From: Octopus bimaculoides
Lineage: Eukaryota
NCBI RefSeq assembly: GCF_001194135.2
Contig: NC_068997.1
Coordinates: forward strand, 41,891,836 to 41,955,835
Length of the DNA stretch: 64,000 nt
Reading direction: 5' to 3'
Part shown: piece by piece, positions 40,881 to 53,159 of the stretch
Position numbering within the stretch: the stretch's first letter is position 1
Layout of the letters: the number at the start of each line of letters is the position of its first letter
Position numbers and translations under genes: made by a program
Notes under the pieces: generated by a model
Seen by the model: only the letters and a program-made list of their open reading frames with translations
Database searches by the model: none
What the model was told of the DNA's origin: nothing

Positions 40881-41329
40881 AGGATCAATTCTTCCCTCCC
40901 CAATGTGTCATTGTATTACACTAATCTGGCCTGAGAATTGTGTAAAGGTACACTTATCAGGGATATTTAACCATTAATGTTAATTTCACAAGTAGCAATG
41001 CAGCCAGTCAAACAACTAAATGACATCAGCCAGATAAATGGCTGATGCAAAAATAAAAAAAAATCTATGTAGCTTTGTAACAAATCCATCATAACAAACA
41101 CTAAAAATAATTTTTTCTACTATCAGTACAAGGCTGGAAATCATGTGGGGGAGAACCAAGCCAGTTACATCAACCTCAGTGCGCAACAGTAAAAATTTTG
41201 TTAAATTACCCAAAATAATTATGTGTGTGTGTGGAAGCGCACATAGAGATACATGTCTAAAAAATATAGCTAAAAACAAAAACAAGAAATAATATAGGTA
41301 TCCAGCCACACAAGGATGAAAACCACTAT

Positions 41330-41550
41330 ATAGATTAGGCCACAGAACCTCATGAGTATCTAACTGCCACTCCTCCACTCCTTGTATTGGACCCAGTGCA
41401 ACCAAAGGCATTGGTAAGCCTTTTCTAAGTTGAACAGAGCAAATAGCATCCAATGTTCTCTGGGAAACGCTTCTTTCATAGCATGGTAGATCATCGATAT
41501 GGCCTTCACCAATATTCTATTGTCTGAGTCTTTCCTCCTCTTCCTCAATC
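41330..41550 (-). mobile_element. RTE RT fragment; decayed homology may extend to ~42500
   Basis: LFALFNLEKAY...GVEEW resembles AFIDLEKAY...LGVEEW. Confidence 0.55.
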
Positions 41551-43124
41551 AGCACAACATTCTCATAATTAATCGCCATCAGAAAACCGTTGGTTATTTG
41601 CAGCACTATGAATTTCATGTTGTCCTGGTTAAGAAAGTTCTCTTTATTGGTTTAACACACATTTTATTTGATCTTGTATTTTCCCACCGACTATCTCCAA
41701 CTCTTTGTCACTCCTGTCTATGATCTATCTCCTCCCCATTGTTTAATGACAACAAGCTAGTACTTCAAGCAGGGAGGTCCTCAGATTACTACTTGTCGGT
41801 TTCTGGGACAGAAAATGAGACGAGTTTTACAGCATTTCTTGAAGCTGCAACTGGTGATGTTCAGGAACCAACAGTTTCTATAACCTGCTGTTGTTTTGTT
41901 GCTGCCTTTGTCTTTCTCTCTTCCAGTTTCTCAGGTTGTTCTATGCAGAAAGTCCTCAAATGGCCCTTACTGCCACACAAGTAACAGCTAGATCTACTGC
42001 CTTGCACCACAAGTCTCATGGACTTTCCTTTCTGTATTTTTGATGTCCAAAAGCATTTTCTGCATTGGATGGCCTCGGTACAGATCTGTAATCTTTAGAA
42101 ATCATAAGAACCTACATAACTATGCTGACCCCATGTAACCATATGTCATTCCTGGTTACTGCAACTCTAACCACCTTAACAGTACCACAACAGTGACAAG
42201 CCAAGAACCAACATCATTGTTAACATTATTCACTGTCACTCTCTTATTACATCATTCCATAGATTGTGGCATCAGTCTATCGGCAGGTGCATGATACACC
42301 AGCTCAGCTTAAAACTTCACCCCGTCCTCAGTTTTAAAATCTAGAGATATAGTTTTGTAAGTCCTGCCCTAATTGACAGAAAAGACAGCTCCACACATCA
42401 GCCAGAATTACCACCAATTTCCCTGAAGACATAAGGAAACAGCATCACCAGTGGCAACATAGGAGTATGTGACCTTCCTCCTGACTTAGGATAAGAACCC
42501 TTAGACTTAGTGATACACCCACCACTTACGGTCACATAAACTCTGCTGGGTGATTCATGTCCAGCATTTGTCTGTTAATGGCAGCATTAATGAATGAAAA
42601 ATTGGTATTGTCATTTAGATCACTCATCCTGGATTTTTCAAACTTTATCTGGGCAAACAATGTGTGTGTGTGCACGCATGTGCACCTGTGTACACACTGT
42701 TGTCGTTAGTTTAATCACTAGAATTGTTCGAACTAATGTTATCTGTTAAACAGTCATTTTTTTACCATGTTGTATACATATGTACTGCTGTGTAATTAAT
42801 ACTTTTTTTTTTTGTTTTGTTTCCTGTGCTGTTGCACATAAAAATGAAAAAGGAACGGCAATGAATGCATCGTTTTTCTGGCAAGAAGCCATCTTAAGTT
42901 AAATGTAAACAAAATAAAATTATATCCAAAAATGTCCAAAAGTAACAGACCTTATGTCTTCCCCGGTATGGGGAGACATCCAAAGTGCTCCCGAAGGATT
43001 CCCTGAAGATAACTATTAGGAGAGAAATGGCTTTTCTTCTTTGACTGTGCTTGGTAACAAAAATGCAAATGGGTGAAAGCAATAACAATGATGACAGCTT
43101 CTTTAATAATAACATTTTTCTATT

Positions 43125-44630
43125 TTACATAGACATAAGGTCTGAAATTTCAGGGGGCAATGGTTAGTTAATTAAATGGACCTTGGTATTTGACTGGTAC
43201 TTTATTTACCAACCCCAGAAAGGATGATAGGCAAAGGTCGAACTTGGTGGCATTTGAACTCAGAATGTAAAGACAGATGAAATGCCATTGAGCATTTTGC
43301 CCAGCATGCTAACAATTTTGCCAGCTTGTTGTCATAATAATTATGATAATAATGGTTTCAAATTTTGGCACAAAGCCAGCAATTTGGGGGAGAGGGTTAA
43401 GTCACCCCAGTGCTCAACTGGTACTTATTTTATCAATCCCAAAAGGATGAAAAGCAAAGTCAACCCTGACATTTGAGCTCAGAACACAAAGACAGATGAA
43501 ATGCCGCTAAGCATTTTGCCCATTCTAACAGTTCTGCCAGAATAAAAATGGTTTCAAATTTTGGCAAAAGGCCAGCAGTTTTGGGGGAAAGGGTTAAGTC
43601 AATTACATTGACCCCCAGTGCTCAACTAGTACTTATTTTATTTACCCCTAAAGGATAAAAGGTGAAGTCAACCCTGGCAGTAGAACGTAAAGTCAGAAGA
43701 AAATGCTGCTATGTATTTTGTCCAACGGAGTAATGATTCTGCCAGTTCACCACCTTATTAATGATAATGATGATGGTGGTGGTGGGTGATGATTTCATTT
43801 CTAAATACTGATGTTTTTATACTAATAACTGTTTCTAATTCAGGCACAAGGCCAGCAATTTGAGTTTGGTGCAGGTTTAGTCAATTACGTTAACTCCAGT
43901 TCTTGACTAATAATTTTATTGTCTCTGCTTTTCATCCTTTGAGGATAAAAGCTAAAGCTGACCTCAGCAAGATTTGAACTCAAAATGTAGAGCTGGAAGA
44001 AATACCACAAGTCTTTTTTTTAACTTACATTCTAACTATTCTACTCATCAGCCTTAATGTCGCTAAATTAGGCAAGAGGCCAGCAATTTTGAGACAAGGA
44101 GGTTACAGAATTACATAAAACCCAAGACCATGAAAAGATGAAAACTGAAGTTGACATCAGTGGGATATGAACTCAGAATGTAAAGAGGCTTTCCACGAGG
44201 CATTTCGTCTGACACTTTTAATGATTTTAATGACCCATTGACCTATATGTCAATTCACCTAATAATAATGGGTTTGAATTTAGGCACAAGGCTGAGAATT
44301 TTGAGGGAACAGGGTTTGTCAATATCAATGACTCCAGTGTTTGACTAGTACTTGCATTTTATTGACCCCAAAAGATGAAAGGTAAGGTTGACCACAATGA
44401 GATTTAACCCTTCAGTATTTAATCCAGTCATACCCAGTCAAAATATTTTACCTGCTGTATGTTAAAACTGACCAGATCCAACCACTCACACGAACCCTAC
44501 AATGTCATTCTATAAATATACAAACACACCATTAAAATCTTGAAAATGCATGATTAATTCAAAACAACGTGAATAAATAATCCTTCCCCTGAATGCTAAA
44601 GGGTTAAACTCAGAATGTAAAAGCCTTCTA
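43125..44630 (-). mobile_element. Array of six head-to-tail SINE family A copies
   Basis: Units start at approximately 43125, 43345, 43540, 43835, 44060 and 44265, all on the minus strand, several separated by AAT-rich linkers. Confidence 0.85.
44408..44603. mobile_element. piggyBac-like MITE nested in a family A SINE B-box
   Basis: gagatTTAA|cccttcagtatt ... aatgctaaaggg|TTAActcagaatgtaa; removing it restores gagatttaaactcagaatg. Confidence 0.9.
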
Positions 44631-44794
44631 AGATCAAATATGTACAAGTTTGTGAGGCTGCTCCTATGCCTGGCACGAGGTATCCTTTTCATTGCTAATT
44701 ATCTGATGGACTATATGTTTCTGCCTTCTTTATTACCAAAGATTTTGGCTCTAAAGAAAAATTCTTAGCTCAAATCATGCTATAATCTTAGATC

Positions 44795-45160
44795 TTTCAC
44801 TTGATTCATTTATAGACTGCAGCCAAGCTGGAGCACCGCCTTCTTGAAGAATTTTTAGTCAAATGGATCAATGCCAGTTCTTTTTTTTTCTTTAAAAAAA
44901 GCCTGGTACTTATTCTATCAGTCTCTTTTGCTAAATCACTAAGCTATAGAGAAATAAACACAACACAGATTGTATGCAGTGATGGACGAACAGACACACA
45001 CACACATATACAACAGGCTTCTTTCAGTTACCATCTACCAAATACACTCGCAAGACTTTAGTCGGCCCAAGGCTATAGTAAAAGACACTTGTCCAAGATG
45101 CTATGCAGTGGGACTGAATCCAGAACCATGTAGTTGGAAAGCAAGCTTCTTACCACACAG
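44795..45160 (-). mobile_element. SINE family B, near full length
   Basis: Reverse complement of the 31719 copy. Confidence 0.85.
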
Positions 45161-45744
45161 ATATTCCTTCACCAATTCAAATTTTCAAATCTAATAGTGC
45201 CTACGATGTTCACTAGACCCACTTTTCCAAAATAACATTCTCTAAATTTTTATCACTTTAGAAATCCTTTGTTATTTCCTTCACTAAAACAAAAAAAAGA
45301 AGAAAAACATAATAGACAATATAAGCCTTTTGAATATTTGCTAGCAAATACTCAGAACAGAATTATGTCAAAATGGAGAAATATAATTCCACCGAAATTC
45401 AATATGAATGAAATGACAGGTAAAAGTAAAATTATAAACCAAAATTAGGCCATGTTGAGGAATCAGAAGCATTTAAGAATGGTCTCAATAGACAAGACAT
45501 GTGTTGAGGGAATACCTGGTAAGGAGAAAAGATTATAAACCTTATAACAACATCAAAACATCAACATTACTCACTGAAAGAAACTATATCCATGACACCA
45601 CACCCATATTATTCTAATATTCTATATTACTCTGATGGGCTTTACTATTGGTGATGACCTATTATGTATGCTAGAAATCCAAAGATTGATACAATAGTCT
45701 CAGATCCCTCTCAACTTGCTGAAAACTGTAAACTATCTTCATCC

Positions 45745-46015
45745 AAACCTACTCACCTCATCTCATTTTCCACCATTCCTACGTCTATTCCCTTAGATAC
45801 GTGTTCCCCAATGATCTCCAGCACACACCAAATGAGGTGTTGAGCACACATGATGTGTATGAAGAGCTGGGGTGAAGCGGTGCCAAGCAATTCAAGTAAA
45901 AGGAGCCTACAGAAGAGGAAGAAGAGGTAGAGGACTGATCTCAAGATGCTGAACTTCACAAAGATCATAGTAAGAAGCAAGAAGCTGTGCCCACATGGAA
46001 AATGGATGTAAATTA
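45745..46015 (+). mobile_element. RTE LINE 3' end fragment
   Basis: Homologous to the 3' parts of the 24060-24262 and 35560-35770 fragments; ends acatggaaaatggatgtaaa. Confidence 0.55.
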
Positions 46016-46739
46016 ATTACATCTGTACCAAATGTAAACAATATGACGAAAGTGAATTATCCAGACACTACGAAAGTAACTGGGTTTAAGCAAGTCATAA
46101 ATATCTAAACACAGAAAACCAAGACAACAGAATAGTGGATGACCAACTGAGGGGTCAGGGATTTCTGTATTGTTCCTGGCAATGATATAGCCATAGTTAA
46201 AACATTTAATTCTGAAATAATCCAGTCTGCCTTGCTGTAAATAAACTAAAACCTCTCAACGTTGTGAGCTATGACAGCACAGTAAAATTAATCATGCGAT
46301 CATTTGACTGACCAGACTATCAGATGTTGTTACACACTGCTGGTCACAATGCGCTTTTGCATACCGCCACCCTGCTGACTTGGCAAGCAGGTCAACATTT
46401 CCCCCTAATGGGGAGGGGAACTGGAGCAACATGAAATGAAGTGTTTTGCTCAAGAACACCATGTGCCACCCAGTCTAGGAATCAAATCCACAATCTAGCA
46501 ATCATGAGTGCAACAGCCTTACCATTAGGCCATGCACCTTCATGTAAAATTGATAAGCTGTGACACTATAACAGAATGCCATCACACTTTGATTTTTTTT
46601 CACCTCTATAGTGTCATTGATGGTATTTCTAAACCTTTTCCCCCAAAATGCTTTTATTGGATTGCCTCAAAGTCGTTCACTGACATCAGTAATATTTCTG
46701 CTCACTGAGTCTCACAGAGGTGATGATTAGTGACAGAGA

Positions 46740-47060
46740 CTTCTGGTAATTTGCTGTGCTTGAGAAGACATCAAGCTAAGTTAAACCGTAGTCGTGGCCA
46801 GTTTCAGTGAAACATGACAGGCAGCTGTGGCAGTGAAATGTAAAGCACACCTGTGCTGGTAACCTGTAAAAAGCACCTGCGCCACAGACACATAAAAGAC
46901 ACCCAGTACACTCTATGGAGTGGTTGGCATTAGGAAAGGCATCCAGCCGTAGAAACCAAGTTAAAACAGACTTGAACCAGGTGCAACTCCCTGGCCTACA
47001 AGCTCCACTCAAACCATCTAACCCATGCCAGCATGGAAAACAAATGATGATGATGATGCA
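46740..47060 (+). mobile_element. SINE family C
   Basis: ggagtggttggcattaggaaaggcatccagcc...ccatgccagcatggaaaa...(GAT)n. Confidence 0.85.
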
Positions 47061-47844
47061 TTAATGTTTACTGTAGTGGGCAATTAACCTGCCATCCTCC
47101 CAGCTGTTTACCCAAACATATGTAGATTCAGTCCTCACAGAAACTCAATTACTGCAATCATTAAGAAAGCAAGAAGACACTACCATCTAATGCACACTAA
47201 CTAGCTAGCTTTCTCCTTTTAACAGTGGTTACCAATTTTTAAAAACTGTCCTACTTTTTCATTCACAAACACACAAAAGTTGTCGGTTGTATTTGCACAG
47301 CGACAGCCAGCATAACATGCCTCTTGCTTTGAATAACTCTGAAGCCACAACAATCCTACTTATGCATGCATATGGTATTAGTAGTACCAAAATGACTGGT
47401 TTACACCACATTCCAAACGTCACCTTCAAATATAAGAACCCAAAATAAGTTCACATTTTCACCATGAAATAAGCGCACTTTATACAAATGAATATATTTG
47501 TGTTACAACATACTCCCAACTGAAGTAAGCTCTCTTATTTAACCAATTACTAACCAATTTGACCAAATCTCAAAGTGACTAAGACAATTATAATAAACTA
47601 CACCCTGAACTAATTACTCACCTGAATTAACAGCTACTTTGTTGCCCATTATATTGCAGTATGTGCAGATTAAACCTTATGGACAACATTTCCCTTTTCT
47701 ATCTCAATAACCTCCAGTCTAATAATCACCAAATCATTCATAACAAATGAATGAAAAAGAGCCTCTACAGGGTTGCTTGACTTCTTAGAAACAGTAGTCA
47801 AATCTCTCTAAAATTATAAACTTACCACTTTGAAAAAGGAAGAA

Positions 47845-48110
47845 CAAGTGTGGCTGTGTGATAAGAAGTTTGCTTCTCAACCACATAGTTTCAAATTTAA
47901 TTTCACTGCATGGCACCTTGGACATGTCTTCTACTATATAAGCCCCAAGCCAATCAAAGGCTTGTGCATGGATTTGGTACACAGAAACTGAAAGAAGCCT
48001 GTCGTGTGTGTGTGTTATTATAACTTTGCCTTCATATTGTGTGATAGCTGTAAAGCAAGTGTCACTGTCATACAAACATGGAAAAATGGATGTTAAAATG
48101 ATGATAGGTA
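47845..48110 (+). mobile_element. SINE family B head joined to an RTE-type tail
   Basis: gtgtggctgtgtgataagaag...gaagcctgtcg, then acatggaaaaatggatgttaaaatgatgat. Confidence 0.7.
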
Positions 48111-48332
48111 GACGTTGATACACAAATCCAAAAGAAAGATGGGAGGTTCATATATGGAGCCCTGTTGATCAACAAGAGCTGACCTGTGGTTAAACAACAA
48201 CTGTTATACTGATAAGACTGCTCTCCATTCCTTTCCTCCCCAATTGCAAGTAACAACAATGGTAACTAAACAGGTCTTAACCAGTGTAGACATTAATAAG
48301 GATCTCTCCAAGTGAAATCGAAATAGAGTTAA

Positions 48333-48778
48333 ATTTGACGTCTGGCACCCATGCCAACGTCGTCTCCCTCATTGGACACAAAACTCAGCTTGCGAAGATT
48401 TATTGGGGCAAGCGAAAGCGAAATTGTGATGGCACCTGTGCCCAGCGACACCTTTCTGGCACTTGTGCCCGCGGCATGTGTAAGGACTTTCGAGGGAGAT
48501 CATTGCCAGTGCCCCTGGACTGGCTCTTGTGCGGGTGGCACATAAAAGACACCATTTTGAGCGTGGCCGTTGCCAGTACCGCCTGACTGGTGGCACGTTA
48601 AAAGCACCCACTACACTCTCTGAGTGGTTGGCATTAGGAAGGGCATCCAGCTGTAGAAACTCTGCCAAATCAGATTGGAGCCTGATGTAGCCATCTGGTT
48701 TCACCAGTCCTCAGTCAAATCGTCCAACCCATGCTAGCATGGAAAGCGGACGTTAAACGACGATGATGATGATGATGA
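48333..48778 (+). mobile_element. Long young family C element with internal ggtggcac.taaaa.cacc repeats
   Basis: CpG-rich, two internal repeat units, ends gcatggaaagcggacgttaaacgac(GAT)n. Confidence 0.85.
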
Positions 48779-49257
48779 ACCAACAATTTCTGTGAAGCAC
48801 AAAATAAACTCAAGTTCTCCAATGTAGCAAAAGCTACAGGAGATATCAAAGTATTTCTCATAGCTCAAAATTACATTAATTAAACATTTTTGACAACGCA
48901 ATATGATACTTCAATTATTAAAATATTACAAAAATAATAGATCACCACCAAGAGTAAGCTATCATTGTTTCTCACAGGGTGCGGTGGGGTAGGTACTATC
49001 AGCACTGAAAGTGGGCAGACAAGTCACATGATTAATTAAAATTGGGTTGTTTTAAACTTTTTAAACTTGCCCCATATCATACTGATGAAAGAATTATGTA
49101 CATGCAAACTCTATTTTGGTTTGTAATAAAGAGGTGAAGATGGTCCCAAAAAATGTCACTATCTTCTTTTTTGTAAGGGGTGGGATTGGAAAAGCAAAGG
49201 TAGTATCTGTCAATCAGAAAATCACTGCATTAGGTAGTCATGACCAATATATTGACT

Positions 49258-49445
49258 AAGGCAACAAGCTAGCAGAATCATTAGCAAGCCAGGCAAAATA
49301 CTTAGTGGGATTTAGTCTGTCACTAAGTTCTGAGTTCAAATTCTGCTGTGGTCGACTTTGCCTTTCATTCTTTCAGGGTCAATAAAATAAGTACCAGTTG
49401 ACTTACCCCTCCCCTGAAATTGCTGGCCTTGTACCAAAATTTAAA
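49258..49445 (+). mobile_element. SINE family A
   Basis: caagctagcagaatcattagc...gagttcaaattctg...gtcgactttgcctttcat. Confidence 0.85.
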
Positions 49446-49537
49446 AGTAACACCTTGATTAACTATCAAATTTTATGCCCACTCCTGGCTCTACAACAAA
49501 TATTATTTCTCTAAACTTGCCAAATTCCTGCTGTCAA

Positions 49538-49613
49538 GACTTACACTTATGCCATATCTAGCTTCTCAGTTTGTGGACTTACACTTATGCCATATCTAAC
49601 TTCTCAGTTTGTG
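49538..49613. repeat. 38-bp tandem duplication
   Basis: gacttacacttatgccatatcta(g/a)cttctcagtttgtg x2, one mismatch. Confidence 0.95.
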
Positions 49614-50009
49614 CACTTTCCCACTGGCACTGAGGTTTACAGTTCTATACAGTCATGAACCCAGCTCTGTTAAACTGGGCTAACAAATAAAACTTCAAAT
49701 ATTTTCGATCAAAACTATTTTATTGGTGTCCATTTGGAGTTGTTTCTAAAGTTTTAATGTCGATGATACATAGTTGATATTGTCACCTATTTATTAATTA
49801 CATTTTTTTTTTTTTTTCCAGAAATCAAACAGGGAACCTCAACTGCTCTGCTACACAGAAAAAGCTGCTTAAAAAAATTTTTAAAAAAACATTAACCCAC
49901 ATAGTCCTATGTATATAAAAAGACAATTCTCAATAGTAACACTTTTCAATCATAAAACTACTCTATCAGAGTGCCTAGGGCTAAACAACAACTATCAACT
50001 TAAAATTGG

Positions 50010-50208
50010 TGAATCGTGCTGGTGGCATGTAAAAAGCACCCACTACACTCTCGGAGTGGTTGGCGTTAGGAAGGGCATCCAGCTGTAGAAACTCTGCCAG
50101 ATCAGATTGGAGTCTGGTGTAGCCATCTGGTTCGCAAGTCCCCAGTCAAATTGTCCAACCCATGCTAGCATGGAAAGCAGACGTTAAATGACGATGATGA
50201 TGATGAAT
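50010..50208 (+). mobile_element. SINE family C, 5'-truncated, young
   Basis: Nearly identical to 48590-48778. Confidence 0.9.
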
Positions 50209-50473
50209 AAGATAAATAACAGAGGTCACTTTAGCTGGAGTTATATAACACTCAGATGTATTCCTCTATATAAATGTAATGCAGACACACTATGTCTGAA
50301 TAAACAGATATGATGGTCATGGTAGGAATACCTTTCATGATTTATATCTAAACAACAAACTATCAGTTATAATTTCCAATCATACACAATACACTTCTCA
50401 AAACTGTTCAGCCTTTTTCAAATACATAACTTACTTCTAATATACTTGAATTTCATTATTATAAGTACGCCAT

Positions 50474-50687
50474 GAAGCAGCGAGCTGGCAGAAACGTTAG
50501 CACGCCGGGCGAAATGCTTAGTGGTATTTCGTCTGTCTTTACGTTCTGAGTTCAAATTCCGCCAAGGTTGACTTTGCCTTTTATCCTTTCGGGGTCGATA
50601 AATTAAGAACCAGTTGCATACTGGGGTCAATCTAATCGACTGGCCCCCTCTCCAAAAATTTCAGACCTTGTGCCTAGAGTAGAAAAG
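50474..50687 (+). mobile_element. SINE family A, full length, perfect 16-bp TSD
   Basis: TSD ATTATAAGTACGCCAT at 50458-50473 and 50688-50703; tRNA-like A/B boxes; the central gactttgcc..tcctttcggggtcgataaattaag.accag domain resembles the Meta-SINE domain as I recall it. Confidence 0.95.
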
Positions 50688-51213
50688 ATTATAAGTACGC
50701 CATATACCTTCTATGATCCACTACACAATAGCTATCTTTGTCAATTGAGAACAATTATATTTCATGTAAAAAATAAAAAATAAAAAATAAACTACAGATG
50801 ATATTAATAAACCAGTCCAAATATTAAACTCTGACACTGAAAATCTACTTTGTTTATTTGAAGGACACTGCTGATCCAATTAGTTTACTTTCTCACCAAT
50901 TAACCAATATCTACAATGTTCTAGCAACCAAACTACTACAAATAGAATACTGACACAAGAAACATACCATTGGAATTCTTGTGACTTTCTCCATTATTTA
51001 GTAACTTCCTCTCTCTTTGTGTGATTATGAGGTACAACAATTCTAAATAGGGGAACTGCACTACATAATGAAAAAGTTTCTGTGTAGTACAATTCAGTCT
51101 CCTGATATTAAACAGAAGAAATAGGGTGCCACACAGATATCAGATTGAATATTCAGTCTTGTACACAAGTGTATGCTGAATAAAAGGCTGGTGGGATCAG
51201 AATGGTGTCAGAC

Positions 51214-51443
51214 CAGTGGTTTTCAACTAGGGGTCCATCTAAGATTTTGTTGTCAATATCTGCAATAAATTGATTATATTTCTACAATACACAGAATATT
51301 TTAATAATTATTGTTATGCAATTCCTAATAATATCTAATTAATATAGTAGGATTTTTTTTAACATTGAATGGCTAGGAGGGTCCCACCTGAGTAAAATAG
51401 GAATCTGGGGGGTCCATAGACAAAAAGAGATTGAGAAACAATG
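51214..51443. mobile_element. hAT (Charlie-like) MITE with 8-bp TSD
   Basis: TGTCAGAC|CAGTGGTTTTCAAC ... ATTGAGAAACAATG|TGTCAGAT. Confidence 0.85.
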
Positions 51444-51970
51444 TGTCAGATAAACAATATATACATGAGAGTAGTCCAAAGTGAGCCAAATGTTTGAAGT
51501 AATTATCTAAATGTTAATTGTCCCAAAATGCCTATCATCACACACATGTACATAATACAAACACATACACACTGCCCTAACTCTTCGAAACGCCAGTGTT
51601 TTAATGGTGGCAGCTGATGAAGGATATGTCCTCTATGTGGCCTGCTTGTTTTTTGTAACTTGTTTATCATTTTGTCCATGTTTTTTTTTGCAACGTCATG
51701 TACCCAGATATGTATGTAGATGAAGGTATGTACATACATGTACATATATATGCATATACTCATATATTGCTTATATATATATATATATATATAATCAACT
51801 TATGCAGATGGAAAGCTTTATTTTTTGTAATACGAGAGTGATTGACAATTTTTTTTGCATAAATAAAGCATTTCAAACATGCTTTTGAGGACCATCATTT
51901 AAAACTCTCATATTACGATTATGAGGAAGTGTCCAATAGCATCATTTTGTTGTCACTATCTGCAATAAAT

Positions 51971-52158
51971 CAAGGCGGCGAAATGCTTAGCAGTATTTCG
52001 TCTGTCTTTACGTTCTGAGTTCAAATTCCGCTGTGGTCAACTTTGCCTTTCATCCTTTCGGGGTTGATAAATTAAGTGCCAGTTGCATAATGGGGTCGAC
52101 CTAATTGACTGGCCCCCTCCCCATAAATTTCAGGCCTTGTGCCTAAAGTAGAAAAGAA
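51971..52158 (+). mobile_element. SINE family A with 14-bp TSD inside a partial hAT MITE (~51940-52295)
   Basis: TSD TATCTGCAATAAAT at 51957-51970 and 52159-52172; head lacks the segment between two GGCGA motifs. Confidence 0.92.
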
Positions 52159-52423
52159 TATCTGCAATAAATTAGTTATCCTTCTACAACACACAAAATA
52201 TGCAAATCCTAATAATAGTTAATTAATATAATAGGATTATTTAAACCTCAAATGGCTTGGAGGGTCCACCTGAATAAAATAAGAATTAAAGGGTGTGTCA
52301 TGTCCAGCACATCCCACCAATTGTAACTGCCCTTTATCATCCCTTTTGTGAGATTCAGCATCCCTAGATTATTCCCTCACAACATGCTCCCATATATTCT
52401 TGATATTCATCCTCCACCTAGAC

Positions 52424-52660
52424 CAGTGGTTCTCAACAAGGGCCCATATGGCCCTTGGGGGTCCATGTAAGATTATGTTGTAAAAATTTATCTGCAATAA
52501 ATTGTTTATAGTCCTAAAATACACAAAATCCTTTAATAATTATTTTTATACAATTTCTAATATTTAATTATAAAAATATAATATGATTTTTTAACATCAA
52601 ATGGCTAGGGTCCATCTGAACAAAAAGGGATCCAATAGGTAAAAAAAAAATGGTTCAGAT
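52424..52660. mobile_element. hAT-like MITE, right TIR decayed
   Basis: Starts CAGTGGTTCTCAAC; body homologous to 51214. Confidence 0.75.
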
Positions 52661-53159
52661 TTGCCCACCCAAAATTCATCCTTCTTACACATCACATATC
52701 CATAACAGCACAGTCTTCTCTTGCACACTAATTCTGGTTCCACTTATAAACTAAACAGTTGTTGTTGTTTTTTGTTTTCCTCTTAGTGCATTTGCACTTA
52801 ATTATTTATGTGCACTTACATTACACAACTAGCAAAGTATGCTTACCTTCATTCTTACTGCTCTATACACAGCCTTCTACATTCAATGCCACTACTATAC
52901 AATAACATGCATTGTATCATACAATCTGCCCTTCACTAAAAAAGATAATTCCTTTGTTATTTAGCCTGTGGTAAGCCCTGACCAAGCAGATTTACAAACA
53001 AAAGTATTCCAGTTATGACCATCCCATCTTTTCTATGTACAAGGAACTCATAACTATATTATCCGTCCTTTTCTAGGACAGTACAATGTGATATGAGGGT
53101 ATTTAGTTGCTATTTCTAGCAAGTCAAGTGGCCACATACAGACTCCCTCACTAGCTCAA

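Noticed and set aside
43125-44630. Regularly repeated units superficially like a CRISPR or satellite array
   Set aside because: Eukaryotic context; the units are ~200-bp diverged SINEs without unique spacers.
47616-47680. Strong minus-strand donor CAG|GTGAGT (also AG|GTAAGT at ~53688)
   Set aside because: No convincing upstream acceptor or coding similarity; the 53688 site lies inside an RTE fragment.
51572-51631. CGAAAC upstream of CTGATGA suggesting a type II hammerhead
   Set aside because: No room for both stem III and stem I, and no NUH site; kept only as a half-core repeat.
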